Shown: in pieces, positions 1-8,524 of the stretch
Numbering within the stretch: the stretch's first letter is position 1
Layout of the letters: each line of letters begins with the position of its first letter
Assembly (NCBI GenBank): GCA_963774665.1
Contig: CAVZGB010000015.1
Location: forward strand, 68,823-132,822
DNA from: an uncultured delta proteobacterium
GTDB lineage: Bacteria > Desulfobacterota > Binatia > Binatales > Binataceae
Length of the DNA: 64,000 nucleotides
Reading direction: 5' to 3'
Program-made: the position numbers and the translations under genes
Notes under the pieces: generated by a model
Database searches by the model: none
Told to the model about the DNA's origin: nothing
What the model saw: only the letters and a program-made list of their open reading frames with translations

Positions 1-75
1 GGTACGCGAATGGCGGCGCGCGAAAGGTCGCGCGCTCGAGAAGCACGAAAAGATCGAACGTGTCGGACAGGGGGC

Positions 76-411
76 TTAGAGCGTTACAGGAGGAGCGCGC
101 ACGCGCGCGGCCGAGAAGACCGGCGACTCGGAACGGCTCGGCGCGGTGACAAATATCGTCTCGGCGATAGCAGGTGCCCGCGCGACAGTCGTTGCTTGCG
201 CCATCGAGCCCGGCGAATGCAGCGCGAGCTGACAAATCGGGCACAATCCAGCGTCGGTGCTGATCTGCGCGGCCGCGACACCGTTATGGGAGACTGCGCT
301 CTCGTGAAAATGAGCGACGCCAATGAGTTGCGAGACGAGGATCAGCGCCGCGCCGAAAATTGAGATCGCGCGTGCCAGCAGTCTGTTAGTCTTGTGGATG
401 CGATACGCCAT
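76..411 (-). CDS. hypothetical small protein with an N-terminal hydrophobic helix and a CPICQ motif
   Basis: ORF-track ORF of 111 aa; contains a predicted TM segment (LLARAISIFGAALILVSQLI). No family recognised. Confidence 0.3.
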   Translation of the reverse strand: MAYRIHKTNRLLARAISIFGAALILVSQLIGVAHFHESAVSHNGVAAAQISTDAGLCPICQLALHSPGSMAQATTVARAPAIAETIFVTAPSRSESPVFSAARVRAPPVTL

Positions 412-482
412 CAGAACTTAGCCGAACAAAACGCTTATTTTTACCTTACCCTATTGAGCCTGCCGTGTATTTCGCAGATCTG

Positions 483-941
483 TCAACCCGCCAAGGCTGC
501 GATCTGGCCGAACACACTCAGTGTCGCCGCGGTGCTCGCCAACTCAGCCGGCTCGTAGTGGATAGCAATGGCAAAATGCGCGACCGGAGCAGTCGCCAAA
601 TCCGGGACATCGCCGTTCCATGAGTTGAAACGAATCGTCAGCGGAAGTCCGCCGTTTGAAGCCTGGCTGATAGCCGTCTCCAATACACGGTTCATCTCCG
701 ACCATGGGCAGGCGTACGCAATATACATCTCGCCGGCCGTGTGCGATCCCCACCGCCGGCCGGTGCCATCCGAATCGATAGCGTGGTCGTCGGGCATGCC
801 GGAACAGCTGAACTCGGTTCGCAGCCACTGCGATCGATTGGTGGCTTCGACGACATCTCGCAGCAAGGGGTCGACCAGGCTGAGATCAAGCGCAGTTGCG
901 GGCGATGAACCCGCCAATATTCCAGAGACGTCAGTTAGCAT
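483..941 (-). CDS. hypothetical protein
   Basis: 152-aa ORF with non-repetitive composition. No recognisable motif. Confidence 0.3.
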   Translation of the reverse strand: MLTDVSGILAGSSPATALDLSLVDPLLRDVVEATNRSQWLRTEFSCSGMPDDHAIDSDGTGRRWGSHTAGEMYIAYACPWSEMNRVLETAISQASNGGLPLTIRFNSWNGDVPDLATAPVAHFAIAIHYEPAELASTAATLSVFGQIAALAG

Positions 942-1079
942 TTCTCTCCCCTTAATGATATTGATAAATCGTAATCGTTAAGTCAAATGCCGAGATTCAA
1001 ATTGCGACTGAATTCTCTTCCCGTCTCCAGAAGGGAGAGGGGCCAGGAAGAGGTTGATCGTCGAGGACATCACCCCGCC

Positions 1080-1535
1080 ATGCCTTCTTCCGCCTCCTTG
1101 AAATCGCCGCAGACTTTTCGCCGCAATACCCAGCAGCGTCGTCAGATATGCGACGTGTTCGAGCGCAACGATCGCCCCCTGGCCGCCGACGAAGTCTTGC
1201 AGCTCGCCCAGCAGAAGATGGCGGGACTTGGAATTGCGACCGTCTATCGAACGATAAAGGCTCTCACCGGCGAAGGCTGGCTGGTCTCAGTGGAAGTGCC
1301 GGGCGAGCCGCCGCGCTACGAGATTCGCGGCAAGGTCCATCATCACCACTTTCACTGCCTGAATTGCCGCCGGATGTTCGAGCTCGAGGGATGCCTCGAG
1401 CAACTGGGCAAAATGATTCCGCCGAGCTTTCGCGTGGTCGATCACGTCGTGCTCATTTACGGATTGTGCTCGAGCTGCGCTCGCGCCGGTAAAACGCCGT
1501 CCGTACGCGGCAAACGCAAAGCCCCCAAATCCTGA
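1080..1535 (+). CDS. Fur-family metal-responsive transcriptional regulator (Fur/Zur/Nur type)
   Basis: The C-terminal half has a HHHHFHC...C metal-site pattern, a dimerisation region and CxxC (LCSSC), typical of the Fur family. The start was taken at internal Met 32 of the track ORF (ATG at 1080). The upstream extension is Arg-rich and unlikely to be real. Confidence 0.8.
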   Translation: MPSSASLKSPQTFRRNTQQRRQICDVFERNDRPLAADEVLQLAQQKMAGLGIATVYRTIKALTGEGWLVSVEVPGEPPRYEIRGKVHHHHFHCLNCRRMFELEGCLEQLGKMIPPSFRVVDHVVLIYGLCSSCARAGKTPSVRGKRKAPKS

Positions 1536-1584
1536 TTCCTCGATCCGACGCTCGCATCGCAGCGCCTGCTCATCGGACGGCTTT

Positions 1585-1615
1585 CCCTATATAGCATAGG
1601 GGGTATACTATGGGG
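1585..1615 (+). promoter_or_regulatory. candidate RcnR/CsoR-type operator: G-tract-flanked AT-rich inverted repeats (ccctatatagcatagggggtatactatgggg)
   Basis: Lies 15-45 nt upstream of the RcnR-like start. Known RcnR/CsoR operators are G/C-tract plus AT-rich palindromes of the TACT-G6-N-AGTA type. This site contains ccctat/ataggg and gtatac palindromes with G5 and G4 tracts. Confidence 0.35.
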
Positions 1616-1631
1616 AAATTCGGGAGGCGAC

Positions 1632-1910
1632 ATGAGTCACACCATCAAGGAAAAAACCAAACTACTGAACAGGGTAAGGCGTATCCGCGGTCAAATCGAG
1701 GCATTGGAGCGGACCCTCGAAGAGGAAAAGGGATGCTCCGACGTGCTTCACCTGGCAGTCGCGGCGCGCGGCGCGATCAACAGCCTGGTGGCGGAAGTCA
1801 TCGAGGATCACATCCGGGTTCACGTCGTCGATCCCGCACGTGAACGCAATTCCGCCAGATCCCGAGGCGCGGAAGAGTTGATCGACATTGTTCAGGCGTA
1901 TCTGAAATGA
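1632..1910 (+). CDS. RcnR/CsoR-family metal-sensing transcriptional repressor (RcnR-like H-C-H-H fingerprint)
   Basis: 92 aa. The N-terminal MSHT (His3), Cys35 (KGCSDV) and His60/His64 (EDHIRVH) match the RcnR W-X-Y-Z fingerprint. The DUF156 fold is recognisable throughout. Its 3' end overlaps the downstream ATPase start (ATGA). Confidence 0.85.
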   Translation: MSHTIKEKTKLLNRVRRIRGQIEALERTLEEEKGCSDVLHLAVAARGAINSLVAEVIEDHIRVHVVDPARERNSARSRGAEELIDIVQAYLK

Positions 1911-3907
1911 GCGGGGGAGTTCGCGCTATGAATCAGCCGCAAGTTATTGAAAATCCGAAATCAAACTCGCAAGAACATGCCGACGCCGAGTCCGCGATCG
2001 TCGAAGATAGCGCCGAGAGTGCCATCAGCTGGATTGAGATTCTGCGGATCGGCCTGGTCGCACTGTGCGCGATAGCTGTGTGGTTCCGCGTCTGGGAGCC
2101 GTTCCCGCGGATTAGTCTCATCGGCTTGGCCGGCGTCATGATCGGCGGCTGGCCAATCTTCAAAGAGGCAATCGAGAACATCGCCGCGCGCCGGATGACG
2201 ATGGAACTCTCGATGTCGCTGGCGCTGCTGGCCGCCGCGGCGATTTCCGAGTTCTTCACCGCGCTCATCATCACCTTGTTCGTGCTGATCGCCGAAATAC
2301 TCGAGCACTTGACCGTTTCGCGCGGCCGTCGGGCGATTCGCGACTTGCTCGACTTTCTGCCGCGCTCCGTGACCATCCGCGGTGCCGATGGCGCCCGCGA
2401 GGTCTCAGCCGATGAATTGCGTGTGGGCGATCGCGTCCTGGTCAATCCCGGCGGCCTGGTGCCGGTCGACGGTTTCGTCATCACCGGTCACTCATTCGTC
2501 GATCAGTCGCGAATCACCGGCGAGTCGATGCCGGTCGAGAAGCTGCCGAATTCGATCGTGTTCGCGGGGACCATCAACCAGTCAGGTGCGCTGGAAATCA
2601 GAGCCGATCGAGTCGGCCGCGACTCGAGCTTCGGCAAGATAATCGAGGCGGTCGAGAGCGCCGAGCATTCGCGCGCACCGGTGCAGCGCCTCGCAGATCA
2701 AGCCGCCGGCTACCTGGTTTATTTCGCATTGTTCTCGGCGGCGATCACATTCCTTCTGACGCGCGATATCCGTTCGACGATCTCCGTCGTTATCGTCGCC
2801 GGCGCATGCGGAATCGCCGCCGGCACGCCTCTCGCGATTCTCGGTGGTATCGGTCGCGCCGCACGGCTCGGCGCAATCATCAAAGGCGGCCTGTACCTCG
2901 AGACTCTTGGACGCGTGAACACTGTAGTGCTCGACAAAACTGGCACGCTCACGTTTGGCCGCATGGAGGTGCAGTCGGTTGCTCCCGTCGCGGGGCTTCC
3001 CGAAGCAGACGTGGTTGAAGCTGCGGCGTCCGCCGAAATGCGCTCGGAACATCCGCTCGGCAAAGCGATCGTCGCCTACGCCTCGAGCAGGGGCTACTCG
3101 CTGAAAGAACCCGAGCAGTTTGACTACGCGCCCGGGAAAGGCATCACGTCAGTGATCAACGGCTCGACCGTAATCGTGGGCAATCGCGCCCTGATGGCCG
3201 ATCATCGAGTCGACGTCCCGGATAAATTCGCCACGACCGCAAACCCGTCGTCACGGCTGATGGTCGCGCGCGACGGACGATTTCTCGGCAGCGTCGCGAT
3301 CGCCGATATCGTGCGTCCCGAGGCACGCAGCGCCATCGAGTCGTTCTGCACCATGGGCATGCGCACCTTTTTACTAACCGGAGATACCGGCGAGGTCGCC
3401 AAGTCCGTCGCCGATCAACTCGGCATCAGTGACGTCGAAGCTGAACTATTGCCCGACGCGAAGTTCGACAGAGTCAAACAATTGGTCGCGAGCGGCCGGG
3501 TCGTCGCGATGGTTGGTGATGGGATCAACGACGCTCCCGCACTGGCGCAAGCAAGCGTGGGGGTCGCGATGGGCTCGGGCACCGACGTCGCGCGCGAGAC
3601 CTCCGACGTCGTGCTGCTTGGCAACGATCTGGCCAAGTTCGCGGAGACGGTGCGAATAGCGCGATGGACTCGACGGGTTATCAGGCAGAACTTCGCAGGC
3701 ACCATCGTAGTAGACCTCGTCGGCATCGCGATGGCCGCTTCCGGGCTGCTCCATCCCGCTCTGGCAGCGTTAATCCACGTCACATCCGAGATGACCTTCA
3801 TCCTTAACTCAGCTCGTCTTCTGCCACGCCGCGAACAACCGAAAAAGATACTTTCGGCTGAATCACCTATCGTCGGTGCTCGCGCCGGGACTGTTGCATC
3901 ACGTTGA
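1907..3907 (+). CDS. P-type (P1B-like) cation-translocating ATPase lacking an N-terminal HMA domain and lacking the canonical CPx membrane motif
   Basis: 666 aa with DKTGTLT, TGD and GDGINDAP motifs. The TM region carries VVIVAGACGIAAGTPLA where CPC/SPC/CPH normally sits. Its start overlaps the RcnR-like stop, suggesting translational coupling. Confidence 0.9.
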   Translation: MSGGVRAMNQPQVIENPKSNSQEHADAESAIVEDSAESAISWIEILRIGLVALCAIAVWFRVWEPFPRISLIGLAGVMIGGWPIFKEAIENIAARRMTMELSMSLALLAAAAISEFFTALIITLFVLIAEILEHLTVSRGRRAIRDLLDFLPRSVTIRGADGAREVSADELRVGDRVLVNPGGLVPVDGFVITGHSFVDQSRITGESMPVEKLPNSIVFAGTINQSGALEIRADRVGRDSSFGKIIEAVESAEHSRAPVQRLADQAAGYLVYFALFSAAITFLLTRDIRSTISVVIVAGACGIAAGTPLAILGGIGRAARLGAIIKGGLYLETLGRVNTVVLDKTGTLTFGRMEVQSVAPVAGLPEADVVEAAASAEMRSEHPLGKAIVAYASSRGYSLKEPEQFDYAPGKGITSVINGSTVIVGNRALMADHRVDVPDKFATTANPSSRLMVARDGRFLGSVAIADIVRPEARSAIESFCTMGMRTFLLTGDTGEVAKSVADQLGISDVEAELLPDAKFDRVKQLVASGRVVAMVGDGINDAPALAQASVGVAMGSGTDVARETSDVVLLGNDLAKFAETVRIARWTRRVIRQNFAGTIVVDLVGIAMAASGLLHPALAALIHVTSEMTFILNSARLLPRREQPKKILSAESPIVGARAGTVASR

Positions 3908-3928
3908 TTATTAACTATAGTTAAGTAC

Positions 3929-4693
3929 ATGACGACGACCAATCAGAGCTGGGACCCCGACGGATACGCACGCAACGCCCGCTTCGTCTCCGACCTCGGC
4001 GCGCCGGTGGTCGAGCTGCTCGCGCCGCAGGTGGGCGAGCGAATCCTCGACCTCGGATGCGGTGACGGTGCGCTGACGATCAAGCTCGCCGCCATGGGCT
4101 GCGACGTGGTCGGCGTCGACGCGAGCGCGCCCCAGATCGAAGCTGCCCGACGCCTCGGTCTCGACGCGCGTGTCGCCGAGGGCGAGCGCCTTGCCTTCGA
4201 TGCCGAGTTCGACGCCGTCTTCAGCAACGCCGCTATCCATTGGATGAAACCGCCTGACGACGTGATCGCCGGCGTATGGCGCGCGCTCCGTCCCGGCGGC
4301 CGCTTCGTCGGCGAGTTCGGCGGCCACGGATGCGTCGAAACGATCAAGCGTGCACTGATCGACGCGCTCCGGCGCCGCGGCATCGATGGTGACGCGCTCA
4401 ATCCCTGGTATTTCCCGACCGTCGAGGATTACTCTGCGCGGCTCGCGCGCCGCGGGTTCGCCATCAGGTATATCGCATTGATTCCCCGCCCGACTCCGCT
4501 GCCGACCGAAATCAACGGATGGCTCGAAACTTTCGCGCAAAGCTTCATGGCGCCGCTGGCGGACGGCGATCGGTCCGATTTTATCGACGAGGTGCGCGAA
4601 GCATTGCGGCCTAATCTCTGCGATGCCAACGGCGGCAAATGGTTCGCCGACTACGTTCGCCTGCGATTCGCCGCCGACAAGCCGCGTGACTGA
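3929..4693 (+). CDS. class I SAM-dependent methyltransferase (trans-aconitate methyltransferase-like)
   Basis: Motif I ILDLGCGDGALT plus a downstream acidic motif. 254 aa. Confidence 0.8.
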   Translation: MTTTNQSWDPDGYARNARFVSDLGAPVVELLAPQVGERILDLGCGDGALTIKLAAMGCDVVGVDASAPQIEAARRLGLDARVAEGERLAFDAEFDAVFSNAAIHWMKPPDDVIAGVWRALRPGGRFVGEFGGHGCVETIKRALIDALRRRGIDGDALNPWYFPTVEDYSARLARRGFAIRYIALIPRPTPLPTEINGWLETFAQSFMAPLADGDRSDFIDEVREALRPNLCDANGGKWFADYVRLRFAADKPRD

Positions 4694-4746
4694 CAGTTGG
4701 AGCGTTTGAGTTCCCTCGCGTCCAGCGGCAGTATTCCTCGGGCGAG

Positions 4747-5490
4747 ATGAGTATTTTTCGGGAATTAACAGAAGGACTCCCGCGACAGGCACCCGGCTCC
4801 GCCGCGGCAACGCTGCGCGCGCTCGGCCTGGTCCGCGGCCTGCCAACGAGTCCGCGAATCCTCGACGTCGGATGCGGTCCCGGCGCGCAGACTATTGAGC
4901 TCGCGCGCGCGACCGGCGGATGGATCGTCGCACTCGATATCCGCCAGCGCTTCCTCGACGAACTGACCGAACGCGCCGACGCAGCGGGAATCCTGCCACA
5001 GGTGACGACGGTCAACACCTCGATGTTCGACATGGATTTCGAAGACGGGTCATTCGATCTGATCTGGTCCGAAGGCGCCATCTATATCCAGGGATTCGCC
5101 GATGGTCTGACAGCATGGCACCGCTTCCTCAAGCCTGGAGGATGGCTAGCAGTATCCGAACTGACCTGGCTGGTGCCCAATCCGCCGCCTGAAGCCGCCG
5201 AATATTGGGCGCGGAACTATCCCGGCATGGGCTCGATCGAGCGCAACTGCCAGATCGTCGCGGAAGCCGGTTACGTGAGCATGGACGGTTTCGTGCTCCC
5301 CGAGCAGGACTGGTGGAAAAACTACTACGAGCCGGCCGAGCGCCGGGTCGAGGAGCTGCGGGAAAAGTACGCCGAGGATCGCGATGTGCTCGCAACTCTC
5401 GACGAGACGAGCCGCGAGCACGATCTCTTCCGCGCCTACCACGACTCCTACGGCTACGTCTTCTACGTAATGCGCAAACCCCTCGTGTGA
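4747..5490 (+). CDS. class I SAM-dependent methyltransferase
   Basis: ILDVGCGPGAQT glycine-rich SAM-binding motif. 247 aa. Confidence 0.8.
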   Translation: MSIFRELTEGLPRQAPGSAAATLRALGLVRGLPTSPRILDVGCGPGAQTIELARATGGWIVALDIRQRFLDELTERADAAGILPQVTTVNTSMFDMDFEDGSFDLIWSEGAIYIQGFADGLTAWHRFLKPGGWLAVSELTWLVPNPPPEAAEYWARNYPGMGSIERNCQIVAEAGYVSMDGFVLPEQDWWKNYYEPAERRVEELREKYAEDRDVLATLDETSREHDLFRAYHDSYGYVFYVMRKPLV

Positions 5491-5496
5491 AAATCC

Positions 5497-5534
5497 GGTT
5501 CCCCTTCCCTCGAGGGAAGGGGTTAGGGGTTAGG
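5497..5534. repeat. REP-like extragenic palindrome (family copy 1): ggttccccttccc-tcgag-gggaagggg-ttaggggttagg
   Basis: Perfect 9-bp stem immediately after the methyltransferase stop. It shares the tail motif t(t/c)a(g/a)ggt(t/g)agggt with copies at about 6838, 17258, 18413 and 36696. Confidence 0.6.
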
Positions 5535-5608
5535 TTCCTCGCTTTCATTTCCCCCCAATCTGGGTTACCTGTTGCCATACAAATCATTAAGACCTCGCGA
5601 GGATCGAA

Positions 5609-6799
5609 ATGGACTTTTCGCTGACCCCCAAGACCGAACAGTTGCGCAAGCGCGTCTCCGACTTCATGGACCAGTATGTCTTCCCCATCGAAAAAGATGT
5701 TCAGCGCGCGATGGGCGAGAGCGGCAATACTGAGCCGCAATCGCTGAAAGACGTCCGCAAAAAAGCCAAGGCCGAAGGCCTGTGGAACCTCTTCCTGCCC
5801 GACGAAAAATACGGCGCCGGCCTCAAGAACTACGAATACGCTCCGCTGTGCGAGCTGATGGGCCGCAGCCCGATCGGCGCGCGCGCGTTCAACTGCATGG
5901 CGCCCGACACCGGCAACATGGAAATCCTGGCCGAGTTCGGTACGCCGGATCAGAAAAAGCAGTGGCTGCAGAAATGTCTCGACGGCGAGATTCGCACCTG
6001 CTTCTCGATGACCGAGCCTGACACTCCGGGCTCCGATCCCACCCAGCTCAAGACCCGCGCGGTTCGCGACGGCGACAACTACGTGATCAACGGTCACAAG
6101 TGGTTCACCTCGAATGCGATCGGATCGGCCTTCGCGATCGCGATGGTCGTGACCGACCCCGAAGCGGAACCGCATCGCCGCGCCAGCCAGATAATCGTTC
6201 CGACCGACACCCCCGGATTCAACCTGATTCGTCCCGTGCCCGTGATGGGCCATACCGGCGGCGGCGGGCATTGCGAAATTATTTATAAAGATTGCCGCGT
6301 GCCGGTTACCAACCTGCTCGGCGAGGAAGGCGGCGGCTTCGCAATCTCGCAGGCACGCCTCGGTCCGGGACGCATCCACCATTGCATGCGCACGATCGGA
6401 ATCGCGGAACGCGCGCTCGAGCTGATGTGCAAGCGGGCGAGCACGCGCTTCACCCACGGCAGCTTTCTCGCCGACAAGTCGAACATCCAGGAATGGATCG
6501 CCAACTCGCGCATCGAGATCGATTCGTGCCGCCTGATGGTCATGCACGCGGCGTGGAAAATGGACACCGTGGGCAAGCGCGACTCGCGCAACGAGATCGC
6601 AATGATCAAAGTGATGTGCGCGAACATGGTGATGGTCGTGCTCGATCGCGCAATCCAGGTGTTCGGCGCGGCCGGCGTCAGCGACGACTTCCCGCTCGCG
6701 CGGATGTGGCGCGACAGCCGCGCACTTCGAATCGCCGACGGCCCCGACGAAGTGCATCGCATGACGATCGCGCGCCGCGAACTGCGCAAGTACAAGTGA
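5609..6799 (+). CDS. acyl-CoA dehydrogenase (ACAD10/ACAD11-type C-terminal domain family)
   Basis: 396 aa with typical ACAD blocks (FSMTEPDTPGSD, GHKWFTSNA, C-terminal QVFGAAGVSDDFPLARMWRD). An APH-like kinase gene follows it, as in the eukaryotic ACAD10/11 fusions. Confidence 0.9.
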   Translation: MDFSLTPKTEQLRKRVSDFMDQYVFPIEKDVQRAMGESGNTEPQSLKDVRKKAKAEGLWNLFLPDEKYGAGLKNYEYAPLCELMGRSPIGARAFNCMAPDTGNMEILAEFGTPDQKKQWLQKCLDGEIRTCFSMTEPDTPGSDPTQLKTRAVRDGDNYVINGHKWFTSNAIGSAFAIAMVVTDPEAEPHRRASQIIVPTDTPGFNLIRPVPVMGHTGGGGHCEIIYKDCRVPVTNLLGEEGGGFAISQARLGPGRIHHCMRTIGIAERALELMCKRASTRFTHGSFLADKSNIQEWIANSRIEIDSCRLMVMHAAWKMDTVGKRDSRNEIAMIKVMCANMVMVVLDRAIQVFGAAGVSDDFPLARMWRDSRALRIADGPDEVHRMTIARRELRKYK

Positions 6800-6837
6800 C
6801 CTTGAGGCAGACGCCGCATTGACGGTCTAATCCTGAT

Positions 6838-6872
6838 TGTTCCCTTCCCTCGCGGAAGGGATCTGGGGTTGG
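6838..6872. repeat. REP-like extragenic palindrome (family copy 2)
   Basis: cccttccc-tcgc-gggaaggg stem-loop followed by atctggggttgg. Lies between the ACAD stop and the phosphotransferase start. Confidence 0.55.
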
Positions 6873-6884
6873 CTGCATCGACGC

Positions 6885-7984
6885 ATGGCTGAACCGATAT
6901 CGATCTCGCCGTCGAATTCGGCGACGTCCGCGACGAGGAGCAACTCGACTGGAGCAAGCTCGTCGCGTATCTGCGCGAGAAACAACTGCCCGGCGCCGAC
7001 GCCCCAATGACCGTCAAGCAGTTCCGCGGCGGCTCGTCGAATCTCACCTACCTGCTGTGCTTCGGTGACCGCGAATGGGTGATGCGCCGGCCGCCGTTCG
7101 GCCCGCTGCCCGTGGGCGGTCACGACATGGGCCGCGAGTACCGCGTGCTCTCGCGCCTGTGGGAAGTCTTCAAGCCGGCGCCGCGCGGGATGCTCTACAG
7201 CGACGACGTATCGATCGTCGGCGCGCCATTCTTCGTGATGGAACGTCGCACCGGCATCGTAATCAAGAACCGCCAGCCGCTGCCGCTCGAGCTCGGCAAC
7301 GATCCTGCGATGTTCCGTGCGATGTCAGAAGGATTCATCGACACGCTCGCCGATTTGCACGGCGTCGACTACGCGTCGATCGGACTCGCGTCGCTCGGCA
7401 AGCCCGACGGATTCCTGAAGCGCCAGATAACCGGCTGGATGGGCCGATGGGAGAAAGCCAAGACGCGCGAAGTGCCGCTGATGGAAAAACTCGGCACATG
7501 GTTTCTCGACAACATGCCGGTGTCGCCGCCGCCCGTGCTCGTGCATAACGATTTCTACCTGCACAACGTCATGGTCGGTGCGGTTAATCACGGCGAGATA
7601 GTCGGCGTCTTCGACTGGGAGATGTCGACCATCGGCGATCCGTTGGTCGATCTCGGCATCGTGATGAACTACTGGCGCGACAAGAACGACCCGCCCGAGC
7701 TGCTGGGCACCTCACAGGGAGAAGCGCACACGCTGCGCCCCGGCTTCCTGACCCGCGACGAACTGCTGCATCGTTACGCGACACGCACCGGCCGCGACGT
7801 AAGCGCGATGCCGTATTACTGGGCCTGGGCGCACTGGAAAACCGCGACGGTGGTCGAGCAAATCTACGTCCGCTACGTCCGCGGCCAAACCACTGATCCG
7901 CGCTTCGCGCTGATGGGCCCAATGGCCCCAGCCCTAGCCCTCGCCGCCGCCCAAGTAGCCTCGCGACTAGGGTTCAGCGTTTAA
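6885..7984 (+). CDS. phosphotransferase-family protein (APH-like, ACAD10/11 N-terminal kinase-domain type), with an apparent 1-nt frameshift just after the start codon
   Basis: Track ORF 7007..7984 (325 aa) has APH motifs (GGSSNLTY, HNDFYLHNVM, DWEMSTIGDP). The conserved N-terminus EFGDVRDEEQLDWSKLVAYLREKQLPGADAP continues upstream in the same frame with no start codon. An ATG with MAEP lies at about 6885 in another frame, implying an indel near 6895-6905. Confidence 0.75.
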
Positions 7985-7990
7985 GCAGTA

Positions 7991-8455
7991 ATGGAACAAA
8001 TGAACCCGAACTCTGCAAATACGAAAAAAGGCCGAGATTTTCAGTTACGAGTACAGCAGGCTCTGGAGAGGATTGTCGGCGTCGAATTCGATCTAGAAGT
8101 CAAGATTCCGATTGGTGATCCACCGAAGGCTCGCCCGTTCGATTTGGCTTCCAGGAGTAGAGCGATCGTGGCCGAATGCAAGGCGTATGCGTGGACTGAG
8201 AGTGGAAATGTGCCTTCCGCAAAAATCACCACGCTCAGGGAGGCCGCCAACTATCTTCTTCAACTTCCTGCGAGCACGACCACGTTAATTGTGATGGACC
8301 GTCATTGTCATCCGAGAAGGGGAGAGGCGCTCGCTAACTACTTCGTCCGACTAAATTCGCATCTTCTTGGGCGAGTTTCGCTGCTGGAGTTGTCGAGTGA
8401 CGACACCCTCCGATTAATTCACGGCAAATTTCCCTCCTCAGGAAGTGAAACTTGA
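7991..8455 (+). CDS. small PD-(D/E)xK-like (restriction-endonuclease-fold) protein, candidate nuclease; hypothetical
   Basis: 154 aa encoded in the roughly 50% GC islet. It contains a hFD...(11 aa)...ExK pattern (RPFDLASRSRAIVAECKAY) preceded by acidic residues (EFDLEVK). No other family recognised. Confidence 0.45.
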   Translation: MEQMNPNSANTKKGRDFQLRVQQALERIVGVEFDLEVKIPIGDPPKARPFDLASRSRAIVAECKAYAWTESGNVPSAKITTLREAANYLLQLPASTTTLIVMDRHCHPRRGEALANYFVRLNSHLLGRVSLLELSSDDTLRLIHGKFPSSGSET

Positions 8456-8524
8456 CGGCTACGCTGTCACTGGAACTCGTTTCTGATTGCTTTTGCGAGG
8501 CTTAGTGAGCTCCAGCAATGAAAC

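Noticed and set aside
5129-6757. 542-aa minus-strand ORF
   Set aside because: Antisense to the clearly recognisable acyl-CoA dehydrogenase gene. Arg/Ala/Gly-rich low-complexity translation typical of spurious ORFs in high-GC DNA.
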